A stretch of DNA of 64,000 nucleotides from positions 54,116 to 118,115 of the forward strand of contig JACRCD010000044.1 of NCBI GenBank assembly GCA_016219175.1. Direction: 5' to 3'. The position numbers and the translations under genes were made by a program. How positions within the stretch are numbered: the stretch's first letter is position 1; every line of letters starts with the position of its first letter. Source of the DNA: Deltaproteobacteria bacterium (GTDB taxonomy: Bacteria; Desulfobacterota; Desulfobulbia; Desulfobulbales; SURF-16). This document shows, in pieces, positions 1 through 8,301 of this stretch. Below the pieces are notes generated by a model, which searched no databases, had not been told where the DNA came from, and saw only the letters and a list, made by a program, of their open reading frames with translations.

Positions 1-387
1 GTCTGGCTGAACACCCCTGTTTTTCCGCTGGAAGCGTGCGGCACCAGCGGCATGAAGGCGTCGCTCAACGGCGTGCCCCATTGCAGCATTCCGGACGGCT
101 GGTGGCTTGAGGCCTTTAACGGCGTCAACGGCTGGTCGTTTGACGGCGGCGATACCGGAGGCAGCAGGGACCAGATTGATGCCGAGTCCCTCTACCGGGT
201 GCTGGAGGAAAAGATTGTGCCCCTCTACTACCGGGTGGATGAGAACGGGGTGCCGTCGGCCTGGGTACAGACAATGAAAAACGCCATCAAGAGCACGGCG
301 GCGCAATTTTCAGCTCGGCGTATGGTTAGGGAATATGTTGACAAATTCTACAGCAAGGCGGCTCTTTTTACGTCCGAGGTGCTGTAG
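1..387 (+). CDS. glgP: alpha-glucan (glycogen/maltodextrin) phosphorylase, C-terminal part (5' truncated by window)
   Basis: Frame open from base 1: VWLNTPVFPLEACGTSGMKASLNG (PLP-lysine motif EAxGTSGMK), then DGWW and FSARRMVREY. Confidence 0.93.
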   Translation, partial: VWLNTPVFPLEACGTSGMKASLNGVPHCSIPDGWWLEAFNGVNGWSFDGGDTGGSRDQIDAESLYRVLEEKIVPLYYRVDENGVPSAWVQTMKNAIKSTAAQFSARRMVREYVDKFYSKAALFTSEVL

Positions 388-426
388 GGCGGCGAATCAA
401 TCAAACAGGTTTGGGAGAGGACGAGC

Positions 427-888
427 ATGGTTAAAATATCGGCTTTATGGGTGGTCATGGCGGCATGTCTGTTTTTCTGGAGCGGCTTGTCTTGCCATGC
501 CGAGGAAATGAAGCAGGATGGCCGTTTCGTTGCCAAAGGGGACGGGACCGTGCTGGACGGCAAGAACAAGCTGATGTGGGCGGTGCAGGACAATGGCGGG
601 GATATCGCCTGGGAGGAGGCCAAATCGTATTGCGAAAAGTTCCGGGCCGGCGGCTATGCCGACTGGCGGCTGCCGACCCTGGCCGAGCTGGAGACCATTC
701 TTGACCCGGCCAGTGAGAAGCGTTTCAAGACATTTGAGCCGATCACCTTGAGCGGCTGTTGCCCCTGGACCTCGGACACCAGGCAAAACAGGGCGAAAAC
801 CATATTCTTCATGATGGGTGAGATGAATTCTTTTGTGAAGACGACCACCAGCAGCATGCGGGCCCTGCCGGTGCGGAATGCACCGTGA
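427..888 (+). CDS. secreted DUF1566 (Lcl C-terminal) domain protein
   Basis: Signal peptide; motifs DGTVLD..LMW, WEEAKSYC, GGYADWRLPTLAEL, C-terminal LPVR. Confidence 0.85.
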   Translation: MVKISALWVVMAACLFFWSGLSCHAEEMKQDGRFVAKGDGTVLDGKNKLMWAVQDNGGDIAWEEAKSYCEKFRAGGYADWRLPTLAELETILDPASEKRFKTFEPITLSGCCPWTSDTRQNRAKTIFFMMGEMNSFVKTTTSSMRALPVRNAP

Positions 889-1069
889 TCCTTGCGCCTG
901 CTTTTTCGGTGGCGCATGACGATATGGCTCCGTGGGTCAAAAGGTTACGAAGGGGTGTGGGTTTGGCCGGATCTCCGAGTATCCCGGGGCCAGTCGGCAG
1001 TGACGCCATCTCTTTATGACCACTGTGCAATAGATAAATATATTCCCATAATTTCAAGGAACTGCCCTC

Positions 1070-1444
1070 ATGCCTAAGTTGAAGTTGCTCATCGCCGAAG
1101 ATTCCAAGTCCATGCAGAACTTTTACAGAACAATGCTGTCAGCTGATCACTATGAACAAAAAATCGTTCCGGACGGCGAGCAGGCACTGGAAGAATATAA
1201 GGCCTGGCGGCCGGACATCATTCTACTTGATATGAATATGCCTGTCATGAACGGCTATCAGACCCTGAAAACCATCAGGGAGAGTTGCCTGGACAAGTCG
1301 ACCACCATCATCATGGTCACCTCGGCCAGTGAAAAGCATGACATCATCGCCTGCGCCAAGCTTGGCATCCAGGGATATATCGTCAAGCCATTTAAGGCCG
1401 AGGCCATCAATAAGGCCATTCTGCAATATCATAAGGTATCTTGA
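1070..1444 (+). CDS. single-domain response regulator (CheY-like receiver)
   Basis: LIAEDS, ILLDMNMP (phospho-Asp), MVTS, YIVKPF. Confidence 0.93.
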   Translation: MPKLKLLIAEDSKSMQNFYRTMLSADHYEQKIVPDGEQALEEYKAWRPDIILLDMNMPVMNGYQTLKTIRESCLDKSTTIIMVTSASEKHDIIACAKLGIQGYIVKPFKAEAINKAILQYHKVS

Positions 1445-1526
1445 AAAAATAGACCTTTCTCGATTCCGTTTGTCTTGAGTCTGCAATACCTACGGTTTGA
1501 GAACAAGTCATGAGAACAGGATCACT

Positions 1527-1937
1527 ATGAAGCCCTGCCGTGAGTGTAAACAGCAGATATCTGAACAGGCATTTTCCTGCCCGCATTGCGGGGCGCCTTT
1601 TCCGGCAAAGGTGAAATGGGACGGCTGGGGTTTTGAATATAAATCCGGACTGACCGTATTCGGACTGCCGCTTGTTCATGTCTCCTTCAAGTACCGGCCA
1701 AACAGGGGGCCTGTGGTGGCAAAAGGGATTCTGGCCATCGGACAATTCGCCTGCGGACTTCTGACCATATCTCAGTTCGGGATCGGAGTGGTCAGCATCA
1801 GTCAGTTCACGGTCGCGGGGTTCGCGCTTGCCCAGTTCGCCCTGGGGTACTCGATCATCGCCCAAATGGGCCTCTATATCCATTCGGGACGCGGCCAGGT
1901 GGTGCGCAGCATAGCCAAACTGCTCGGGTTACCCTGA
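1527..1937 (+). CDS. zinc-ribbon membrane protein
   Basis: N-terminal CRECKQ..CPHCG followed by Gly-rich hydrophobic xGQF repeats; ATG at 1527 preferred over TTG at 1497. Confidence 0.75.
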   Translation: MKPCRECKQQISEQAFSCPHCGAPFPAKVKWDGWGFEYKSGLTVFGLPLVHVSFKYRPNRGPVVAKGILAIGQFACGLLTISQFGIGVVSISQFTVAGFALAQFALGYSIIAQMGLYIHSGRGQVVRSIAKLLGLP

Positions 1938-1993
1938 ATTTTTCAAGACCTTGTTCCCCGTTGTCTCGTGAATAATTAATGTCCCCGGATGGG

Positions 1994-2623
1994 TCATTTC
2001 ACCCGGTGAATCTTGCATATTTCGTCCAGGCCGGTGATGCAGACATTGAGATCCTTCAGCAATCCGTCCTCAAGGCCGTAGATCCAGCCGTGCACGGTCA
2101 GGGACTGGCCGGATTTCCAGGCGTTCTGGACAATGGTGGTATGGCAGACATTGGCCACCTGTTCAACGACGTTGAGTTCGCAGAGCAGGTTTATTTTTTC
2201 CTGTTCAGTGGGCAAGGCCTCGATTTCCGCCTGATGAAAACGGTAGACATCCTTGATGTGCCGCAGCCAGTTGTCAATCAGCCCGTGTTCCCTGGGTTCC
2301 AGCGCCGCCCTGATGCCATTGCAGCCATAATGGCCGCAGACGATGATGTGTTTTATTTTTAAGACATCAACGGCATACTGGATAACCGAGAGACAGTTCA
2401 GGTCCGTATGGACGACGACGTTGGCGATATTGCGGTGCACAAATATCTCGCCGGGCAGCATGTCGACAATCTGGTTTGCCGGCACCCGGCTGTCGGCGCA
2501 GCCGATCCATAAATACTCCGGATGCTGCTGGGTCGACAGTCTGGTGAAGAAATCCCGGTCCGCCTTTGTGGTCGTTTCCGCCCATTTCCTGTTTTTGTCA
2601 AAAAGATGTTGCAAGGCCTGCAT
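1994..2623 (-). CDS. can: beta-class carbonic anhydrase
   Basis: IGCADSRVP, HRNIAN, CGHYGC zinc ligands. Confidence 0.96.
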   Translation of the reverse strand: MQALQHLFDKNRKWAETTTKADRDFFTRLSTQQHPEYLWIGCADSRVPANQIVDMLPGEIFVHRNIANVVVHTDLNCLSVIQYAVDVLKIKHIIVCGHYGCNGIRAALEPREHGLIDNWLRHIKDVYRFHQAEIEALPTEQEKINLLCELNVVEQVANVCHTTIVQNAWKSGQSLTVHGWIYGLEDGLLKDLNVCITGLDEICKIHRVK

Positions 2624-2738
2624 GAAGGTTCCTCAAGGGGAAGTGATTTGTGAAAATACGAAGCTCTTTTTATCATTAATCGGATCAAGATTCGATAACT
2701 AATTGTGCGCCAGGAGATTTCTCGGGCCGGGAAAGTAA

Positions 2739-2899
2739 GATGAACTCGTAAAAAGTCGGCGACAAAGCCCAGATGGCTAAGTAACAAAATTCGATATACA
2801 AGGCGTAGTGTATTTTTGAGAGTGAGGCAATACATGTGGTATGCCGAACGAACAAAAATGCGCTACAACGCAGTAGATCGGATTTTTTACGACGCCATC
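2739..2899 (+). mobile_element. MITE family A, copy 1 (161 bp)
   Basis: TIRs GATGAACTCGTAAAAA / TTTTTACGACGCCATC; 6-bp direct repeat AAGTAA on both flanks; near-identical to 3764-3924 and 21611-21771. Confidence 0.92.
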
Positions 2900-2931
2900 A
2901 AGTAAAGAGCGAGGTATCAGGGCAAGGGGGA

Positions 2932-2968
2932 AGGGCCGGGGAGTGTGGCTGTCACACTCCCCGGCCCT
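2932..2968. terminator. perfect 16-bp GC-rich hairpin downstream of the 3011-3361 gene
   Basis: AGGGCCGGGGAGTGTG-gctgt-CACACTCCCCGGCCCT; no clear U-tract on the minus strand. Confidence 0.5.
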
Positions 2969-3010
2969 AGGGGGGGAGGGGGAAAGATATATAATTATTT
3001 TACCGCGGGC

Positions 3011-3361
3011 TTAATGGACACAGCGGGCAATGAACTGGTCCAACTGCAGGGCCTGGGCCGGTGAAAGCCCTTTAAAGCTGACATAATGATGTCTTATCCG
3101 CACCATATCCGTGGGAACCCTGATATCGGAAACGGTTTGCACCGGGATGTTTTTCAGGCTGAAGCCGTCATAGACAACATCCATGCTGGCAGGGTTAGTA
3201 AACCACTGCTCATTGCCGACATAGCGGAAAACAAGCCCTACTTTGTTAATTTTAATGATATGAAACGGGATGGCAAAGTCGAAAATGGCAAGAGTGCGGT
3301 CTTTGGTTTCGAACTGTCTGTCACTGTTTTCACTGAGCAACCCGGCGGTTAAAGCGTTCAT
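3011..3361 (-). CDS. PilZ-like protein (degenerate c-di-GMP motifs)
   Basis: Collinear with the PilZ pseudogene at 21158-21595 and similar to 20783-21166; RxxxR and DxSxxG motifs not retained (INKVG). Confidence 0.7.
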   Translation of the reverse strand: MNALTAGLLSENSDRQFETKDRTLAIFDFAIPFHIIKINKVGLVFRYVGNEQWFTNPASMDVVYDGFSLKNIPVQTVSDIRVPTDMVRIRHHYVSFKGLSPAQALQLDQFIARCVH

Positions 3362-3426
3362 GATCAGCCCTCTCTTTGTATTTGGTCGTCTTCTCATTTT
3401 TGCTTTTCACTTTGATTATTTGATTG

Positions 3427-3442
3427 TGCAAGACCCATACCA
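3427..3442 (-). promoter_or_regulatory. sigma54 (-24/-12) promoter
   Basis: Minus strand TGGTATGGGTCTTGCA = GG-N10-GC with TTGC, about 65 bp upstream of the ATG at 3361. Confidence 0.65.
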
Positions 3443-3520
3443 CATGGTGGTTTTTTGTTGTTTCTCTTTTGTTTTCGACTGGTTAACCTGAGGGAGGGTG
3501 ATATAGCGCAAAGAACGGGG

Positions 3521-3557
3521 CTGGGTTATTCACCGTTTGTGTGGTGAAATAACCCAG
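3521..3557. promoter_or_regulatory. inverted repeat, candidate enhancer-binding-protein site (UAS)
   Basis: CTGGGTTATTCACC-N8-GGTGAAATAACCCAG, 80-115 bp upstream of the sigma54 site. Confidence 0.4.
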
Positions 3558-3678
3558 TTTCTGGCGAGGTGCTGGTCAAATTCCGGGAGAAATACCGAGA
3601 AAAGGGGGGGGGTGATGGGGGGGTAAGCCGCTGTCACAAAATAACATCGTCATTAAATTCCCATGAGCGGCATAAGGA

Positions 3679-3978
3679 GAGGCTCTTGCAAAATAAGCAA
3701 AAGAGTGCTTCCTGTCATTTCGACCGAAGGGAGAAATCTAATAAAATCAAGGCGATCAAAGATGATGGCGTCGTAAAAAATCCGGTCTACTGCGTTGTAG
3801 CGTATTTTTGTCCGTTCGGCATACCACATGTATAGCCTCACTCCCAAAAATACACTACGCCTTGTATATCGAATTTTGTTACTTAGCCATCCGGGCTTTG
3901 TCGCCGACTTTTTACGAGTTTATCAAAGATTCCTCACGGCGTTCGGAATGACACGCAAGTTCATTTTGCATGAGCCTC
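3679..3978 (-). mobile_element. MITE family B, copy 1, interrupted by a family A MITE
   Basis: TIRs GAGGCTCTTGCAAAAT / ATTTTGCATGAGCCTC; removing 3764-3930 gives a 133-bp element matching the reverse complement of 45874-46006 and 61493-61624. Confidence 0.9.
3764..3924 (-). mobile_element. MITE family A, copy 2 (161 bp)
   Basis: Reverse-orientation copy; 6-bp TSD AAAGAT at 3758-3763 and 3925-3930. Confidence 0.92.
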
Positions 3979-4019
3979 ACGAAATAGATATAAATGCCCA
4001 AGTTATTTCGTAACGGCCC

Positions 4020-4805
4020 CTAAATAGTATTTTTCTGTCCGCAGAACCACTTCGCCAGATTTTTGGCCAGGAGGAGATTGCCGTCCTGCAGAAACTGGTT
4101 CTGGAAAATGGCGTCATCACCAAAAACAACAAATTCGCCTGATCCGTTTTTACCGGCCAGCACCAGGGAAAAGGCCTGCACTGCGTCTTGTTCATTGAGT
4201 TCGCCGTTCTGATTCAGGTCAACCCAGGCTTTATGGGTGGTGCGGGCAACAATGCTGATATCCTTTTTCTTTTCCAGCAGGGCCCAGCCTCCGTATACAT
4301 TAAAGCTCTTCAGCCCCTCGGTCAGAGGGTGGGGGGTCAGGTCCTTGATCTGAAAATTCTTGGGATTGTTATCGATAATATTTTCCTGCTCGGCAACAGC
4401 GGCATTTGACACGGCAACCCCCATCTGCGGCAGCAGCCCGGTGAGCGGCTGGGCGATGTGGGCCATGACCGCCAGTTTGCCGCCGTGGTAAACGAATTTC
4501 ATGATGGACAGCACCTCGGGCGGGGTGATGGGGGCAAAGGGGCCGGAGATGATGAGCACATTCACCCCTTTCAGGACGTCGTCGGTAATGGGGGTGGTGG
4601 TTGTTTTAATCTCGGCCCCCTGCTTGACAAAAACAGCGGCCAGGCCGGATAGGTCAAGGGGGCGTTCCGTTTCCACCAGAAACTGCTGGCCGTGAGACTG
4701 GTCAAACAGCACGACGGGGCCGGCGGCCCGCGCTGCGGGTGAGGCAAGGAGAAAAACGGTGAAAGCAATGATTATTGCTGCGCATCGGTGCATAAAGAGA
4801 GTCAT
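4020..4805 (-). CDS. secreted DUF4350/GldG-like (class I GATase-like fold) protein
   Basis: Signal peptide, VLFDQSHGQ, VLIISGP, FVYHGGKL, VVFGDDAIFQN; ATGA overlap with the upstream gene's stop. Confidence 0.75.
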   Translation of the reverse strand: MTLFMHRCAAIIIAFTVFLLASPAARAAGPVVLFDQSHGQQFLVETERPLDLSGLAAVFVKQGAEIKTTTTPITDDVLKGVNVLIISGPFAPITPPEVLSIMKFVYHGGKLAVMAHIAQPLTGLLPQMGVAVSNAAVAEQENIIDNNPKNFQIKDLTPHPLTEGLKSFNVYGGWALLEKKKDISIVARTTHKAWVDLNQNGELNEQDAVQAFSLVLAGKNGSGEFVVFGDDAIFQNQFLQDGNLLLAKNLAKWFCGQKNTI

Positions 4806-5767
4806 GGGCTTGGTTTCCTCGTGTCGGCTGCGGGAAAAAGATCTTTGATCCTTTCCCATATTGTCAGAAAATGATCCCTGTTGTGACAGGACAGGGTGAA
4901 GACAAGTTCGTCTTTTTCAAAGGATGGACTGGGTTCAAGGCGTGCGTCCCCCGGCAGGTGCAGTCCCGTGGTAAAATGTTGAAATTCTTTCTCGGCCAGG
5001 CTCAGCCGCGGAAAGCGGGCGCGGGTGAGCCACCTCATCAGATTGGCGGTTTTCTGCGGGATGTTTGCCTCGGGATGGTGGATGATGTCGTCCACCTCGG
5101 GATCCGCCAGCAGGGCGGAGATGGAGGTGTTGCCACGGGCCGCGAGCTCCCGGCAGCTAATTGCCAGTTTCTTCTGATTGCCGACGCTGAGATGCAGCGA
5201 GCTTATGGCGGCAAACAGGGTCATGCGGTCGCTGAAGGAAAACTTGCCCAGTTCAAAAGCCACCTTGTCGTCAAGAGTCCCTTCGTGAACCGCGGCAATA
5301 AGAGGTTCTTCCAGTTCAAGGAGCTTGAGATCGCGGCCAATGAGATAGGTTGATGATGCCAATCCCATCAGGGGTAGGAAGCGTGTCGCCAATTGCTCCT
5401 CATCAAGCCATTGCCGGCATTTTTTAAAAAAAACAGCCCTCTCCACCGGGGTGAGGGGACGGGACAGCAGGGCGTCCTCCAGGCAGATGGCCCAGGTGGC
5501 AATCTCGTCTGTTTTGTCAGTGATCTTGTGGCAGTCATAGGAGGCGGCCGGGGCGATCCGCCAGGCGGCGAGCAATCTCTTCCTCCCGGAGACGATAACA
5601 AATGAAGAGTGGGATTTCTCCTTGACAATGGGGGGATGGAGAATGCCGCAACGTTCGATGGATTGGCACAGGGCCGCGGGCGCTTCCGCAAGGCAAAAAG
5701 GCGGCGCCAGGGAATAGCTCTCGTCCGATAAATCGATATGGTTGATGTTGATACGGGATATATGCAT
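4802..5767 (-). CDS. ParB/Srx N-terminal domain protein
   Basis: SIERCGILHPPIV and IVSGRKRLLA (ParB box II-like); GAGGAG RBS before the ATG at 5767. Confidence 0.82.
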   Translation of the reverse strand: MHISRININHIDLSDESYSLAPPFCLAEAPAALCQSIERCGILHPPIVKEKSHSSFVIVSGRKRLLAAWRIAPAASYDCHKITDKTDEIATWAICLEDALLSRPLTPVERAVFFKKCRQWLDEEQLATRFLPLMGLASSTYLIGRDLKLLELEEPLIAAVHEGTLDDKVAFELGKFSFSDRMTLFAAISSLHLSVGNQKKLAISCRELAARGNTSISALLADPEVDDIIHHPEANIPQKTANLMRWLTRARFPRLSLAEKEFQHFTTGLHLPGDARLEPSPSFEKDELVFTLSCHNRDHFLTIWERIKDLFPAADTRKPSP

Positions 5768-5876
5768 AATCTCCTCTTTGGCGTTGCGCTTTTCTCTCCT
5801 GGCTATATACTGCAAAAAGCCCAAACCTATAAAGATAATTTTTAACAAAGCTGTCCGGTTATGATTAGATGGAAGA

Positions 5877-6548
5877 ATGATTGTTAACAAGAGGCAGGAC
5901 GTGCGGGTTATCATGATTGCCGCCATCACCCTGTGCGGACGTATCAGTCCCGCACCGGTAGGGAGCGGGCTGGACCGGCGTTTCCTTGAGAAAATGCGGG
6001 ACGAAAGCGACGCCAGTCTCATGGGCTGCGGCACCTTGCGCCGGGATAATCCGGAAATGCGCGGCAGCGGGGAAGGATGGCGGCATCGGTTGCGGGCCTT
6101 TATCACCGCTTCAGGCCATGTCCCGCTGCGGGAGAAGGCAGTTTTCGCCAGAGGCCCCGCCCCGCTGGTTTTTACCGGGCCTAACCTTGTCGATACCCTT
6201 GGCGTGCTGCTGGCGGGTAAGGCGGAGGTTCTCGCTTTGCCCGCGGGTTCGGGCGGCTTGTCCATTGGTGGGGCGATTGCGGAACTGGGGAGGCGGGGAG
6301 CGCGGTCGGTGCTGCTGGAAGGCGGCTCCCTGCTCAATTACCATGCCCTCCGGCAGAGGGTGGTGGATGAAATCATGGTGACGATCACCCCGCAACTTTC
6401 AGGCGATGAAAACGGCGCCACCCTGGCGGATGGTCCCACTCCCCTGGGCGCGCCCTTTTTGCCCCTGGGTCTTGTTTCCTGCCGTCAGGAAGCCACGGGC
6501 GAGATTTTTGCCCGTTACCAGATACTTTATGAGGATAACCATGCATAA
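5877..6548 (+). CDS. RibD C-terminal / DHFR-family reductase (stand-alone, no deaminase domain)
   Basis: AITLCGRIS, LMGCGTLRRDNP, SVLLEGGSLLN, VDEIMVTITP. Confidence 0.88.
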   Translation: MIVNKRQDVRVIMIAAITLCGRISPAPVGSGLDRRFLEKMRDESDASLMGCGTLRRDNPEMRGSGEGWRHRLRAFITASGHVPLREKAVFARGPAPLVFTGPNLVDTLGVLLAGKAEVLALPAGSGGLSIGGAIAELGRRGARSVLLEGGSLLNYHALRQRVVDEIMVTITPQLSGDENGATLADGPTPLGAPFLPLGLVSCRQEATGEIFARYQILYEDNHA

Positions 6549-7293
6549 ACAGGAGCTGGCCATACTTTTTTCCGGAGGGTCCGACTCCCTGGCGCTCTAC
6601 GCCCTGGCAACAGCCGGACATCATCCGGATCTGCCCCGGCCCAGGTGTATTCATCTGCTGAATATGTTAAACGGCATGGGGCGTTTTCCGGATTTCACCA
6701 CCAACCGTTTCACAACGGCAAAGAATATCCTGGCCAGACGCTTCCCCGCCTCCGGGGAGATGCCTGAAGCCTTTCTGGTTGAGCTCGATATGGGGCGGCT
6801 GTGGCAGGGTTTATGGCTTGACCGCTATGAGGAATTGATGCCCGGATACGGAGGCCGGAACCTGGTCTGTGTGGCCTGCAAGCTGGCCATGCATATCAGG
6901 GCGATCCTCTATTGCAACGAACAGCTGATCCCCACCCTGGTGGCCGGCTATACCAAGAAGCAAAGTCACTACCCCGAGCAGACGCCGGTATTCATGGAGA
7001 AGATTGCCAGGTTCTCCGCCCAGTTCGGGCTTTCCGTGCGCTTTCCCGTCTATGAAGATTTCGCGGAGGTGATGACCACCCGGCACCTGCTTGAAGACTT
7101 CGGCCTCCCCTCCACAGGGGGCGGGGAAAGAAAGTGTCTGTTCAGCCAGACCTTGACCACCGCCACAACGCAGGAGATCGGCGCTTACCTGGACGATATG
7201 CTTCCCCGGGCGCAGGAATACATAGAATGTGTTCAGGACGGCAGGGTACGGGAGGCGGCCGCCTGTTTTCCGCCGGGAAATGAAAATCATTGA
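6541..7293 (+). CDS. PP-loop (adenine nucleotide alpha-hydrolase, QueC/TilS-like) protein
   Basis: ILFSGGSDS PP-loop, CVAC motif, distal KCLF; overlaps the upstream stop. Confidence 0.75.
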   Translation: MHKQELAILFSGGSDSLALYALATAGHHPDLPRPRCIHLLNMLNGMGRFPDFTTNRFTTAKNILARRFPASGEMPEAFLVELDMGRLWQGLWLDRYEELMPGYGGRNLVCVACKLAMHIRAILYCNEQLIPTLVAGYTKKQSHYPEQTPVFMEKIARFSAQFGLSVRFPVYEDFAEVMTTRHLLEDFGLPSTGGGERKCLFSQTLTTATTQEIGAYLDDMLPRAQEYIECVQDGRVREAAACFPPGNENH

Positions 7294-7380
7294 AAAGATC
7301 GCAGCTGGATGAGTCCGCGGTTGATAAAAAAGCCGGGCAGATGCCTGGATTGTGGCGTGAGATCCTCGGGGAGATAAAAA

Positions 7381-8298
7381 ATGACGCAGGGCATACGTGT
7401 TGACGGGGAACCGCCGCTGATCAGCAGGGAAATTCATGAACAGGTGGTTGCCGGGGGCACGGATGTGCCGGAGCAGACCCCCTCGTTTGCCATTGCTCTT
7501 GATGAGGTGGGCATTTCCGGGAAAACGGTCTGGGTATTGCTGCCGGAAGGAAGGCTGCCCTTTACGGCAGCCATTACGGTTGATCTGCCGGCCGCTGCCA
7601 GGGGTATTCATATGTCCCGGCTGGAGGAGGTCATAAGCGATCTGTATGATCAGCCCTTTACCCGCCTGAGCCATTACGTCGCCACCCTTGCCCTGGGGGT
7701 GCTGGCGCGGCAGAGGGGCAAGACGGCCCGGGTGTGCCTTGCGGGAAAACGGCCGCTGATCCGGCGGTCGAAAATCAGCCGGCAACTCTCGGTTGACCCG
7801 CTGCTGGTCAAGGTGGAGGCCCGGGTCAGCATAGAGGATGACCAAACCACTGTCACCCTGACAAACGGCGTTGGCGTCTGTCATATCACCTCGTGTCCCT
7901 GCACCCAGGTCTACAACCTTGATGTTTTTGCGCCAAGGGGAGAGTGCCCCCCGCCCACCCATTCCCAGAGGTCGCAGACTTGGCTATCCTTGAGCGGTCC
8001 GGAAAACGTGCCTGACTGGAGAGAGATGCTCTGCTGTCTGGAAAGCTCGCTGCATCTTACCCAGGATCTGCTCAAACGTGCCGACGAGGCGGAAATTGTC
8101 CTGCAGTCCCACCGTCATCCCCAGTTTGCCGAGGATGCGGTGCGGGAAACGGCCAGGGCGGTTGGTCGCAGGTTTCATAACATCCTGCCGGACAGCACCG
8201 GGGTGATCATCGAATCCCTCAGCCTGGAAAGTATCCATATTCACGATGTCTGCTGCCGGCTGCAAACGACCCTCGGGGCGATCCGCGCCGGACTTTGA
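7381..8298 (+). CDS. folE2: GTP cyclohydrolase, FolE2/MptA family
   Basis: RGIHMSR, TSCPC, HSQR, FAEDAVR, ESIHIHD. Confidence 0.88.
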   Translation: MTQGIRVDGEPPLISREIHEQVVAGGTDVPEQTPSFAIALDEVGISGKTVWVLLPEGRLPFTAAITVDLPAAARGIHMSRLEEVISDLYDQPFTRLSHYVATLALGVLARQRGKTARVCLAGKRPLIRRSKISRQLSVDPLLVKVEARVSIEDDQTTVTLTNGVGVCHITSCPCTQVYNLDVFAPRGECPPPTHSQRSQTWLSLSGPENVPDWREMLCCLESSLHLTQDLLKRADEAEIVLQSHRHPQFAEDAVRETARAVGRRFHNILPDSTGVIIESLSLESIHIHDVCCRLQTTLGAIRAGL

Positions 8299-8301
8299 GC
8301 C

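Noticed and set aside
427-888. DUF1566 gene as a diversity-generating retroelement target
   Set aside because: No reverse transcriptase and no template repeat of its 3' end are visible in the window
2739-3924. Composite transposon formed by two inverted MITE A copies around the PilZ-like gene
   Set aside because: Each copy has its own distinct TSD on both sides, so they are independent insertions
6541-8298. Canonical queC / dpd deazaguanine cluster
   Set aside because: The QueC C-terminal zinc motif is missing, and no queD, queE, tgt or dpdA genes are present
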